In this document: piece by piece, positions 1-8,533 of the stretch
Layout of the letters: each line of letters begins with the position of its first letter
Numbering within the stretch: the stretch's first letter is position 1
NCBI GenBank assembly: GCA_964444635.1
Contig: CAYUIA010000001.1
Span: forward strand, 1 to 41,983
Length of the DNA: 41,983 bases
Direction: 5' to 3'
From: an uncultured Gammaproteobacteria bacterium
Lineage (GTDB): Bacteria; Patescibacteriota; Patescibacteriia; Magasanikbacterales; GWA2-37-8
Program-made: the position numbers and the translations under genes
Notes under the pieces: generated by a model
What the model was told of the DNA's origin: nothing
What the model saw: the letters and a program-made list of their open reading frames with translations, nothing else
The model's database searches: none

Positions 1-3
1 GTT

Positions 4-3000
4 TTGTTTGGTCGTCATGCGGATGTAGATCAAGATTTGATAAAAGTTGATACAGGAGATGCGATATTACCCAAACTATCTTATAGAAGCAATTATTATA
101 ATAACAGAGGTTTGATTTTTATAGATGACAATCCTGATAGTAAGGCTTTTTTAGGAGCCCAATCTGCTAGCAGTTCGGCTAAAATTTTAGCTATGAGTGG
201 TAATAGAAATGAACTTTCCGGATTATATTTATATTCAGACACAGACGGATTTGGAACAACTTCCAGTATGCGTGGTTGGATGATGGCAAAAATAGAAGAA
301 AATTCAAACTTAGTTTTTGGTTTTAATAATAGTGATTCTGGGGATGGTAAAGATTTAACCAATGTTAGGGTGATGACTTTGGATGGTTTTAATCCCAATA
401 TGTATGTTTATGGCGGAGCTACTTTCAACACCAGTAGCGGTAATTTTGATTTTCGTGTTCAGGGAAATGCAGATACTCATAATTTGTTTGTTCAAGGTAG
501 TACAAACAATGTCGGTATTGGCACATCTACCCCCGGTTATAAATTAACCGTGCAGGGTGATGTAAATATTACCGGTAGTTATATGATGAACGGCATACCT
601 TTGACTGCGGTTGACCCGGGCACGGTAACCGGTCAAATGGCTTATTGGGACGGGGATTCTTGGACACCGACTAGTAATATTTTTGTTTCCAGTAGCGGGT
701 TTATCGGTATAGGCACCACTACTCCCAAAAATGCCCTGACTCTCATTGGCGGACTTTCTATTTGCAGTAGTACACCGGCCGAAACCGCTTATACTCTTTA
801 TAATCTCAACGGGCAGCTTTATTGGAACGGATCGCCGGTTATTGGCGGTAGTACTAGTACCTATATCCAAGATGCAGATGGAAATACCAAAGTGGAAACT
901 GAAGAAAATCCGGATGAAAATAAGATTAATTTTTATACTGCCGGAGTCCGCAGGATGATTATCACCGATGATGGCAGGGTTGGTATCGGCACTTCCACTC
1001 CAGGTTTAGCCGATCCGTTGGCTCATTATCTGGTGGATGTTGAGATGACTTCCAATACCATTTCCGGTATTCGTTTGGCAAATCTGTCTGCCGGCAATAA
1101 TGCCAGTACGGAAATTAATTTTTATAATGATTCTGATCAGGGCGGAACAGTATTTTTGGTCGGAAGTAATTTTGACGGTTTTCCAAATGCGGCCGGCGCT
1201 TTTGGTATGGCTGCTACCGCAGGAAATGATTTGGTGTTAGCGGCCTTGGGTGGAAATATCAGATTTGCCACATATAATCAATTGATAAACGGTAGTAGCT
1301 CTATTTATATTGTCGGTTCGGGTGCTAATGAAGGATTTATCGGAATAAACACTTCAACTCCGTTGGCTCCGTTGTCTATTTTTGGCAATGTGTTTATTGA
1401 AGGTGAAAATCGTTATCTCAATTTCGGTACTACCACGGGAGAGCTTGGTTATGGTTTTCGTGATAATAACGGTATCATGGAGCTTCGCAATATCAATAAT
1501 AATCATAATGTTTGGTCGGAAATAGTTATCAATGATGCGCTTATTGAGGGTAATGTTATTTATGTCAATGCAATAAGCGGTAAGGATAGTTTTGATGGCA
1601 GATCTATCGCCAGAGCCAAAAAAACTATTCAAAATGCTATTGATACGGCTGCTGTTTCTTCTTCACCTTCCAATCCGTATACGGTTTCTGTTTCTGCCGG
1701 GACTTTTACCGAAGATTTACAGATGAAAGATTTTGTAGTGGTTCGAGGGATGGGTTGTAATACTTACATTAAAGGAAAAGTCATTTTTGATATGACTTAT
1801 GGCAGTGTTTTATCTATGGTTGATCTGGAAAATACGGATGATTATGCTGTGGAAGTAAAAAGTGCCGGAAAATCTGTTTTGAAAAATGTAACCGTGGGTG
1901 CGAAATATACGGACGGTAGTAAAGATATCCAAGCCGTGGTTTATCAGGAAAACGGCACTTTGGAAAGTTTTACCGCCAATAAATACAATTTTACTCAAAC
2001 TACCAATACTGTTGGGACAAAAATAAATACGATTTTTTATCTAACCAGCTCCACCGTCGCCAGCGCTTATATATATAATCCGGAAATTTTTGTAAATACT
2101 TATGATAATGATGATGATTTGTCTGTGCTTTATTCTGAAAATCAAAGTTTCCGCAGCGTGGCAACAATGAAAGATCCGATTATTACGTTCCCGATTTATG
2201 CTTCCGCACCGACAAATATTGTCAAAATGTTTAATCATAACAATGCCAGATTTAACACTTATATTGATGCCGCTTTTGCAACGATTTTGACTGTGGCGCC
2301 GGGAACAGTCAAACTGATTCCGGCTTATGTAAATAGTTCTACGGTTTTATCCGGCGCGCAAATCACCAATTCTTCTTTTGCTTGGGCCGGACCCGGGATC
2401 AGTGAAAACAGTGTTTATCTTAGCTCCGCCAACACACCCAATGATCAAATAGTTTTAACTTCCAATCAATTTAAAACAAATACTGATATTTTTCCGGTGA
2501 GATATACTGCGGACGGAGCTTCCGGTACTTTGGAATATTTTATCAGTAATGGTTTTGGAGATTTACAAAATAGCTCATTTGCTACATATAAAGGTAGTTT
2601 TGGTATTGGTACTTCCACCCCATATGATCTTTTGGAAATTTGGGGTGTTGATCTAAGTACCGGTCCGACCAGCTCAAGAAATTATATAACCATAGTTGCC
2701 AATGGCAATGGTGAAGCTGGTAATTATATACGTCGCGTAAATAGCGGTATTTATGATAATGGCTGGTCCTGGTATATGCCGGTGAGTAGCACTGATTTTC
2801 GTCTCTGGGATGATTCAATAGGGGCGGAAGGAGATGATATGCTGACTTTCCAAGCGGGAACCGGTAATGTCGGTATCGGGATAGCGCTTTACGATCCTCT
2901 CAACAAGCTACATATTGACGGTGGGTTATATCTTGGAGATACAGCTACAGCCACTACCACCAACTCGCTTTATAATGTCAGCGGAGATCTGTTTTGGAAC

Positions 3001-6000
3001 GGAAATCTTTTGGCCAGCGCCGGAGGAGCCACCGCCAATTGGCTGTTGACTTCACATAATGGAGGAAATGTTTTAAGCACTTCTACCACTATCCCGGTTT
3101 GGTTCAAGGATATTATTTATGCCAGCTCTTCGGTTTACATTGACGGCACATTAAATGTTTTGGGAGCGGTAAATATGCCAACCACGACAATTACCGAATT
3201 GACGGTTAATAATATCAATGTTTTGGGTACGGTCAGTACCACGGATATGTTAGTGGCAAATAATATCACATTGGGCGGGGTAACTCGCAACACTTGGCCG
3301 ACCGGTGGCGGAGGAGATAGCGTATGGACAACAACTACTGCCAATGTTGCTTATCCTGATTTAGACGGTGATTATGCTATAGTGATCGGAAATAGTGTTA
3401 CCAGCAGTAATGTAAAATTTGAAGTAGCGGGCCATACTAAGTTGGGAGGTAATTTGTCAATTACCGGATCTGGTAATGTCGCAGGTACATCAACTTTGTC
3501 CGGCCCGGTTTTGTTCGGGGACTATGTACAATTTACCACTGCGGGAAATAATAATTTTTATTTTAATAACAACACAAACAATTATTTGCGATGGAATAAT
3601 TCTGCCACACAATTTGAATTATCAAACGGAATATCTGTAACCGGTGCGGCTTCTACTACCGGTAATATGTATGCCGGAGGTGGTTTTGACACAAATGATA
3701 CTTATCGGATTGGCGGAGTTGATTATGGCCAATATTTTATTGATTCGGCCGGGACGGTAGGACAACTATGGTCATCTGACTCCAGTGGTCGCGGTCAATG
3801 GATAAACACTTCATCTCTTGGTTTGGCTCAAGGCATTGCCGGTGCGATTCAGTTTAGCAATGGTAGCGGGGTTTTTGATGCTACATCAAGTTTGTTTTGG
3901 GATAGTGCAAATAGTAGATTGGGTATTGGCACTACTACGCCAGGAGCTCCGTTGCATATTGTAACCAATAATACTGGTCCGGCAATGACAATTTTACAAA
4001 AAACTATTGCTGGAGCTACAAACTTGAATTTTGTAACCCAAAATAATAAATATTGGCAACTTTCCAAAAGAGACGATAATCAAGATGATAAATTTATATT
4101 TTATTTTGTAAATGACGCCGGTTTATTTACCAATATTTTGACACTTGGATCAACCGGAACTATCGGCATTAATAATGAAAACCCGGAAGCCATGCTTGGT
4201 ATAAAAGGAACTTCCACTTATCCTTTGTTTTATGTACAGACCAGCTCTTCGCAACCGTCAATTTATTCTGCTGAAAATGGATATGTAGGTATTGGTACCA
4301 AATCACCAACAAGCTTATTAACAATCAGCGGAACCACGACAGCCAGAAATATCATACCGGCCAACGGTTCTTATAATTTGGGTAATTTTGATCATAACTG
4401 GTTACGTTTATGGGCAAAAACTATAAATATTAATAATCAAAATTCTATAGGAGCTATTGAATCTACGGGTAGTTATGGTCCGACCTCAACAAATATAAAC
4501 GGAGCTTTGGCAATTACTGATCCGGACAATCCCAATAGGACCGGTAGATATATGGACACTTATAATATTGCTACTTTATTTCCAGGGATTCCAAATGGTT
4601 CAAATATGACGGTTTCTATAACCTCGGGAAATTTTGATACTTATTTGCAAATAACATCCGACACCGGATCAGTAACTTATTTTGATGATGACGGAGGCAC
4701 AGGAACAAACTCTTATTTAGAGTTTATTTATGATGCCAGCTCTACTTATAATATCGTTGTAACTAGCTGGGGGGCTGGTGAAACAGGTGATTATAGTCTG
4801 GAAGTAACAGCAGTTAATTCTCCTGTTGATGCTGGATTAGCAATATATAATGCCATTAATGGCGGAGGAGATAATTTGTTTACTATTTTAAACGGAGGAA
4901 CAGTTGGTATAGGCACATCAACACCGTCTCATTTACTTACCTTATCCTCAAACAACGAAGGAGTGCTTTTGATAACCAACAGTTCCACGGGATATATATT
5001 ACTGGAAGGTAAATATTTATCGCAAAATTTTGGGATGAGTTTGGAAACAGGAGCTTTGATTGCAAAAAATTCTTATTTTGGCGAAGAATTTATGCGCGGT
5101 AGAGGAAATGTGACTGCAGATACTTTGTATGCTTGGGGTGATTTTCAACAATTCACAGTTGATGAAAATACGGCTTGTACTTGGAGTTCAGTGGCAAACG
5201 GAGTAAACGGTATCGGCAGACAGCAAGCGGCAAATGGCGCCAACTCTTGTTTGGCATATCATGGGATTACAACTGCCGGAACCGCCAATCTTGTCTTTAA
5301 TACCGCCAATTTACCTGTCATAACTTTCAAAGCTTCTCCGTCCGCTGTTACTGCCAATATCCGATTTAGAATTGGTTTGAGTAATCTGTCTCAAGCTCAA
5401 ACTGCAGACCCTCTAAACGGTGTTTATTTTACCAATAACACCACCAACGGAGAGTGGCAGGGTGTTTCGCGTCGCGCCGGAGCTTCCACTGTTGTTGATT
5501 GTGCGGGACAAGCTATCAACACTGCTGTATTTGGGGTGGCAAAAATAGAAGTAGTTTCCAGTAATGGTGACGGGACGGGAGAGATAAATTTTTATATTGA
5601 TAACGATGCAACTGACGGAGTGGATTGGTTTTATTGCGGTCAAGCAACGACCAATATTCCGACTGTCGGATTGACTTCTATGATTATGAATAACACCGTA
5701 GCCGGAGGCGGGGCGCAACAGATTGATATTGATTATTATCGCGTATGGCAAGATGATTCGGCGGAAACAGTTATTGAAGAAATTGTGGAAGAAATTCCGG
5801 AATATATTGAGAAAAATATTTTTGGTATGGCGCAAATAAAAGCGGGCGACAGTTTGGTACAAGTGGATTTTGACGGTGAATATGCCGTACCGCCGATGAT
5901 GGGTGTTACCCCTCTTGGTTTTGACGGACGATGGAAATTACAAAATGTGACGACTCGCGGATTTGAAATCTCGCTTGTTGAGCAGGCAATAGATAACGTG

Positions 6001-6324
6001 TTATTCAATTGGCAAGCCTATGTGGTGGAGGATGATACGAAAATACACAGTTCTGACGGTAGTATACAACTATTAAAAGATTTTTATTTGGACTTTAATC
6101 CGTTGATAAATATCCCGCAAAGCGGAAGTAGTGGTGAATCTACTCCGGCTATGCCGTCAGGGACATCAACACCTCCGGTAGAAGAAACGCCTCCGGTGGA
6201 AACTCCGACAGAACCTGTGATAGAGACACCGCCGGTAGAAGAACCGGCACCAGCTCCGGAAGAACCGCCGGTTGAAGATCCTGTAGATCCAGTTGAAACG
6301 CCGGTAGATGTTCCTGTGGAATAA
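4..6324 (+). CDS. Giant secreted/surface fibre-like repeat protein. The ORF is open to the window edge, so it is probably 5'-partial (>=2106 aa).
   Basis: Uninterrupted 6.3 kb ORF with no signal peptide at the window edge. About 10 copies of the motif G-[IV]-G-[TI]-x-[TS]-P-x(3-5)-L-x-[VLI]-x-G (VGIGTSTPGYKLTVQG, IGIGTTTPKNALTLIG, VGIGTKSPTSLLTISG and others), as seen in tail-fibre-like proteins. Two LYN..G.L[YF]WNG motifs. A beta-helix-like start (GRSIARAKKTIQNAIDTA...VSVSAGTFTEDL), a PPC-like module (...GDYSLEVTAV) and an H-type-lectin-like module (VQVDFDGEYAVPP...TTRGFEISL...FNWQAYV). The last ~65 aa form a P/E/T/V-rich tail. Confidence 0.85.
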   Translation: MFGRHADVDQDLIKVDTGDAILPKLSYRSNYYNNRGLIFIDDNPDSKAFLGAQSASSSAKILAMSGNRNELSGLYLYSDTDGFGTTSSMRGWMMAKIEENSNLVFGFNNSDSGDGKDLTNVRVMTLDGFNPNMYVYGGATFNTSSGNFDFRVQGNADTHNLFVQGSTNNVGIGTSTPGYKLTVQGDVNITGSYMMNGIPLTAVDPGTVTGQMAYWDGDSWTPTSNIFVSSSGFIGIGTTTPKNALTLIGGLSICSSTPAETAYTLYNLNGQLYWNGSPVIGGSTSTYIQDADGNTKVETEENPDENKINFYTAGVRRMIITDDGRVGIGTSTPGLADPLAHYLVDVEMTSNTISGIRLANLSAGNNASTEINFYNDSDQGGTVFLVGSNFDGFPNAAGAFGMAATAGNDLVLAALGGNIRFATYNQLINGSSSIYIVGSGANEGFIGINTSTPLAPLSIFGNVFIEGENRYLNFGTTTGELGYGFRDNNGIMELRNINNNHNVWSEIVINDALIEGNVIYVNAISGKDSFDGRSIARAKKTIQNAIDTAAVSSSPSNPYTVSVSAGTFTEDLQMKDFVVVRGMGCNTYIKGKVIFDMTYGSVLSMVDLENTDDYAVEVKSAGKSVLKNVTVGAKYTDGSKDIQAVVYQENGTLESFTANKYNFTQTTNTVGTKINTIFYLTSSTVASAYIYNPEIFVNTYDNDDDLSVLYSENQSFRSVATMKDPIITFPIYASAPTNIVKMFNHNNARFNTYIDAAFATILTVAPGTVKLIPAYVNSSTVLSGAQITNSSFAWAGPGISENSVYLSSANTPNDQIVLTSNQFKTNTDIFPVRYTADGASGTLEYFISNGFGDLQNSSFATYKGSFGIGTSTPYDLLEIWGVDLSTGPTSSRNYITIVANGNGEAGNYIRRVNSGIYDNGWSWYMPVSSTDFRLWDDSIGAEGDDMLTFQAGTGNVGIGIALYDPLNKLHIDGGLYLGDTATATTTNSLYNVSGDLFWNGNLLASAGGATANWLLTSHNGGNVLSTSTTIPVWFKDIIYASSSVYIDGTLNVLGAVNMPTTTITELTVNNINVLGTVSTTDMLVANNITLGGVTRNTWPTGGGGDSVWTTTTANVAYPDLDGDYAIVIGNSVTSSNVKFEVAGHTKLGGNLSITGSGNVAGTSTLSGPVLFGDYVQFTTAGNNNFYFNNNTNNYLRWNNSATQFELSNGISVTGAASTTGNMYAGGGFDTNDTYRIGGVDYGQYFIDSAGTVGQLWSSDSSGRGQWINTSSLGLAQGIAGAIQFSNGSGVFDATSSLFWDSANSRLGIGTTTPGAPLHIVTNNTGPAMTILQKTIAGATNLNFVTQNNKYWQLSKRDDNQDDKFIFYFVNDAGLFTNILTLGSTGTIGINNENPEAMLGIKGTSTYPLFYVQTSSSQPSIYSAENGYVGIGTKSPTSLLTISGTTTARNIIPANGSYNLGNFDHNWLRLWAKTININNQNSIGAIESTGSYGPTSTNINGALAITDPDNPNRTGRYMDTYNIATLFPGIPNGSNMTVSITSGNFDTYLQITSDTGSVTYFDDDGGTGTNSYLEFIYDASSTYNIVVTSWGAGETGDYSLEVTAVNSPVDAGLAIYNAINGGGDNLFTILNGGTVGIGTSTPSHLLTLSSNNEGVLLITNSSTGYILLEGKYLSQNFGMSLETGALIAKNSYFGEEFMRGRGNVTADTLYAWGDFQQFTVDENTACTWSSVANGVNGIGRQQAANGANSCLAYHGITTAGTANLVFNTANLPVITFKASPSAVTANIRFRIGLSNLSQAQTADPLNGVYFTNNTTNGEWQGVSRRAGASTVVDCAGQAINTAVFGVAKIEVVSSNGDGTGEINFYIDNDATDGVDWFYCGQATTNIPTVGLTSMIMNNTVAGGGAQQIDIDYYRVWQDDSAETVIEEIVEEIPEYIEKNIFGMAQIKAGDSLVQVDFDGEYAVPPMMGVTPLGFDGRWKLQNVTTRGFEISLVEQAIDNVLFNWQAYVVEDDTKIHSSDGSIQLLKDFYLDFNPLINIPQSGSSGESTPAMPSGTSTPPVEETPPVETPTEPVIETPPVEEPAPAPEEPPVEDPVDPVETPVDVPVE

Positions 6325-6338
6325 AAAAATAATAAAAA

Positions 6339-6366
6339 CCGTTCCTAATAAATAGGAGCGGTTTTT
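6339..6366. terminator. Intrinsic terminator after the giant gene
   Basis: Stem ccgttccta/taggagcgg (9 bp, one GU), loop ataaa, T5 run. An A-run upstream makes it potentially bidirectional. Confidence 0.7.
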
Positions 6367-6403
6367 GATTAAATAAATCCCGCCCCTGTGTACAGGGGTG
6401 GGA

Positions 6404-6545
6404 TAGTGGGTCGCCGGAGGAATCGAACGTCGTCGGCCTTTGGCCTCCTCCTTGAGGAACCTTCGGGTTCCTCAACAGCTCCTCCTCGGTAATGTGGGGA
6501 AATACTTTCCCCACCACCCCTTTGTTCGAATCTCCGGCTCAACAT
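6404..6545 (-). other. GC-rich ~140 nt multi-hairpin element bounded by tRNA-Lys 3'-end fragments. Not a canonical tRNA.
   Basis: 6404-6428 (tagtgggtcgccggaggaatcgaac) is a direct near-copy of the tRNA-Lys 3' end plus 3 nt of flank at 6584-6607. 6524-6538 (gttcgaatctccggc) is an exact inverted copy of the tRNA-Lys T-loop/acceptor. The two fragments can pair (~14 bp) around internal hairpins GTGGGGAAA/TTTCCCCAC, TTGAGGAACC/GGTTCCTCAA and GGCC/GGCC. A GC hairpin at 6380-6403 plus a T-rich tract follows on the minus strand. Confidence 0.5.
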
Positions 6546-6548
6546 AAT

Positions 6549-6584
6549 AAAAAATAACTCCTCATAAATGAGAAGTTATTTTTT
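6549..6584 (-). terminator. Terminator hairpin directly downstream of tRNA-Lys
   Basis: ~15 bp AT-rich stem (aaaaaataactcctca / tgagaagttatttttt) with one mismatch. The 3' arm ends in a T-run. Confidence 0.65.
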
Positions 6585-6586
6585 AG

Positions 6587-6659
6587 TGGGTCGCCGGAGA
6601 TTCGAACTCCGGACCTTGTCCTTAAGAGGGACCTGCTCTACCAGCTGAGCTAGCGACCC
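6587..6659 (-). tRNA. tRNA-Lys (anticodon CUU), 73 nt, no encoded CCA
   Basis: The reverse complement folds as GGGTCGC-TA-GCTC-AGCTGGTA-GAGC-A-GGTCC-CTCTTAA-GGACA-AGGTC-CGGAG-TTCGAAT-CTCCG-GCGACCC-A. This is a full cloverleaf with the anticodon loop C-T-CTT-A-A. Confidence 0.9.
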
Positions 6660-6703
6660 CTCACCAATAAATTTTATTTTTTATAAAATTCATTGGTGAG
6701 GGG
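6657..6703 (-). promoter_or_regulatory. 20-bp hairpin between the rnc stop codon and the tRNA-Lys 5' end (candidate processing site)
   Basis: cccctcaccaat(a)aatttta-ttttt-taaaatt(c)attggtgagggg: 12 bp, one mismatch, then 8 bp, with a 5-nt loop. There is no T-run on either strand. The stem includes tRNA nucleotides 1-3. Confidence 0.5.
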
Positions 6704-6713
6704 CTAAGCTCGG

Positions 6714-7520
6714 TTAAATAGGATCACCAGATTTTCTCTTAATAATATCTATCTTCGGGCCTTTCCATCCTTTGGTTTTGAGTGCTATTTCTGCAGCTTC
6801 TGTTTGAGCCTCTTGTTTGCTGGTGCCGTTTCCTTCGGCCACCAATTCTTTGTCCAGATAAACTCCGACTTTGAAATTTTTGGCATGATCCGGACCTTCT
6901 TCACTGATAACTTTGTAAGTCGGCGTTACTCCAACCAGCTCCTGAGCGCTTTCTTGGAACCTGCTTTTAGGGTCCAAATATAAGCCATTTTCTAAAATAT
7001 AGGGTAATTTTGGCAATACCCAGGTTTGTAAAAATTTAGTAGTAGCTTCATATCCTTGATCTAGATAAATCGCCCCGACCAGCGCTTCAAACAAATTGGC
7101 CATGATATAATCGCGAGCTTTGGTGCCGGCGTCTTTGGATTCGCCGTGACTCAAAAAGAGAAATGGTTCAGTGCCTATCTCATAGGCGATAGAGGAGAGG
7201 ATTTTGGCGTTTACCAAAGCTGCGCGCCAATTGGTTAGCTCGCCCTCGGGGTTACCGTATTCATTGAAAAGATGTTCGGTTACAATGAGTTCAACCACCG
7301 CATCACCCAAAAACTCCAGTCGTTCATTGTGAGAAAGAGGAAAATCATGATGTTCGTTGAGATAAGAACGATGGACAAACGCTTGAACTAGATATTCAAA
7401 ATTTTTGAATTTAATACCGATTTTTTCTTCCAGAATTTCAAAATTACGCTCTTTGATTTCCGGTAAATTGCGTAAATCCTTTTTTATTTTATTTTTTGAA
7501 ATTGTTTTTTTTATCGGCAT
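6714..7520 (-). CDS. rnc: Ribonuclease III
   Basis: RNase III signature ERLEFLGDAVVELIVTEHLF, a catalytic-domain acidic residue (LFEALVGAIYLD) and a C-terminal dsRBD (DPKSRFQE...GPDHAKNFKV...GNGTSKQEAQTEAA). Confidence 0.93.
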   Translation of the reverse strand: MPIKKTISKNKIKKDLRNLPEIKERNFEILEEKIGIKFKNFEYLVQAFVHRSYLNEHHDFPLSHNERLEFLGDAVVELIVTEHLFNEYGNPEGELTNWRAALVNAKILSSIAYEIGTEPFLFLSHGESKDAGTKARDYIMANLFEALVGAIYLDQGYEATTKFLQTWVLPKLPYILENGLYLDPKSRFQESAQELVGVTPTYKVISEEGPDHAKNFKVGVYLDKELVAEGNGTSKQEAQTEAAEIALKTKGWKGPKIDIIKRKSGDPI

Positions 7521-7525
7521 ATATT

Positions 7526-8104
7526 TTATCTTTCAACATCGGGTGTTTCGTAGTCATCTTCGTTATTATTTGTATTTTTTTCAACTTCAGTTTCATTCTC
7601 GGTAATTTCCTCTGTATTTTCTTCAACTTCTTCGCTTTCTTCTATTTTATCTTTCTTTTTAGTTTTTTCCTCTAAAGCGATTTTTTCATCTTCGGGAATA
7701 TCCTTGTAGATAGAACCCAAAACTCCGTTGACAAATTTGCCTGAAGCAGGACCACCATAACTCTTAGCCAATTCTATAGCCTCATTGATGGCTACTTTTG
7801 GTGGAACTTCTTGAGCTATCTTGAGCTCATATATTCCCAAACGTAAAACATTGCGATCCACATTGGTAATCTGCTCTATAGGCCAACTTGGAGCGTATTT
7901 GGTAATAACCTCGTCAATGGCGGGTATGTTTTCAATAACACCGTTAACCAAAGAAAGAGTAAAATCTTTTTCGTTCAATCCCGCGCCAAATTCCAGCAAG
8001 TCATGTTCAACAATAGAACCGAGTTCTTGTAAATTTTTACCGCGAAAGTCCCATTCAAAAAGGACTTGCAGCGCTATACTGCGCGCCAAATGGCGATTGG
8101 ACAT
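7526..8104 (-). CDS. nusB: Transcription antitermination factor NusB with an acidic ~55 aa C-terminal extension
   Basis: [28 protein letters not shown] and [13 protein letters not shown] are typical of NusB. The tail is E/N/T-rich and low-complexity. Confidence 0.88.
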   Translation of the reverse strand: MSNRHLARSIALQVLFEWDFRGKNLQELGSIVEHDLLEFGAGLNEKDFTLSLVNGVIENIPAIDEVITKYAPSWPIEQITNVDRNVLRLGIYELKIAQEVPPKVAINEAIELAKSYGGPASGKFVNGVLGSIYKDIPEDEKIALEEKTKKKDKIEESEEVEENTEEITENETEVEKNTNNNEDDYETPDVER

Positions 8105-8116
8105 AAGATTTTAAAA

Positions 8117-8314
8117 TTATTTCTTCTTAGTTAATTTTTTTTCGGTTTTAATCACTTGTTTTCCTTTGTAAGTACCGCAAAAAGCGCATGCGCGATGCGG
8201 ACGAACAGCTTTGCCGCATTTTGGGCAAGCATTGATAGCGGTAGAGGAAAGAGCAAAATGAGCGGCTCTTTTTCTTTTGTGAGACGAAGTTCGTCTATGG
8301 CCTGGTAAACCCAT
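8117..8314 (-). CDS. rpmF: 50S ribosomal protein L32
   Basis: N-terminus MGLPGHRRTSSHKRKRAAH plus the C4 zinc ribbon CPKCG...CAFCG. Confidence 0.92.
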   Translation of the reverse strand: MGLPGHRRTSSHKRKRAAHFALSSTAINACPKCGKAVRPHRACAFCGTYKGKQVIKTEKKLTKKK

Positions 8315-8370
8315 AAAATTAAAATATTAAATACATTAAAAATTTCGCGTTTAATAAGCGATTTGCTTTC

Positions 8371-8399
8371 AGTATATAATAAACTTAGAAATTTTGCAA
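8371..8399 (-). promoter_or_regulatory. Putative promoter of the rpmF-nusB-rnc operon
   Basis: Minus strand: TTGCAA, 17 nt spacer, TATACT, about 55 nt upstream of the rpmF ATG. Confidence 0.45.
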
Positions 8400-8401
8400 G
8401 C

Positions 8402-8463
8402 CTCGTGCTAAGCGCGAGAGTAGCCCCGCTCAGCGGGGCCGGTGATTAGCATAACTATGCTAA
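8402..8463. repeat. Three tandem 7-bp-stem hairpins in a divergent intergenic region
   Basis: ctcgtgc-taa-gcgcgag (8402-8418), gccccgc-tca-gcggggc (8423-8439) and ttagcat-aact-atgctaa (8446-8463). Confidence 0.6.
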
Positions 8464-8533
8464 ATTAAAGCAAAAAGATTTATTGTTGTATTGAAAAATT
8501 ATTTTAGCTATTATATACTCAAGATATTGAAAT

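Noticed and set aside
4-6324. Giant protein considered as a diversity-generating retroelement target
   Set aside because: No reverse transcriptase is present, and I could find no template/variable repeat pair with adenine-specific differences in the window. The repeats within the gene are diverged at the DNA level.
6149-6517. 122-aa minus-strand ORF spanning the end of the giant gene and the GC-rich element
   Set aside because: It is antisense to the proline-rich tail of the giant protein and reads through a terminator and the structured repeat. It has no start signals.
6404-6545. Possibility that the GC-rich element is a second tRNA (with an intron or long variable arm), a tRNA-Sec or a tmRNA
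   Set aside because: No T-stem can form (CGACG versus CCTCC). No 5' acceptor strand complementary to GCGACCC is present, and no anticodon arm with a 7-nt loop can be drawn. At about 140 nt it is far too short for a tmRNA or a group I intron. It is kept as an unexplained structured repeat.
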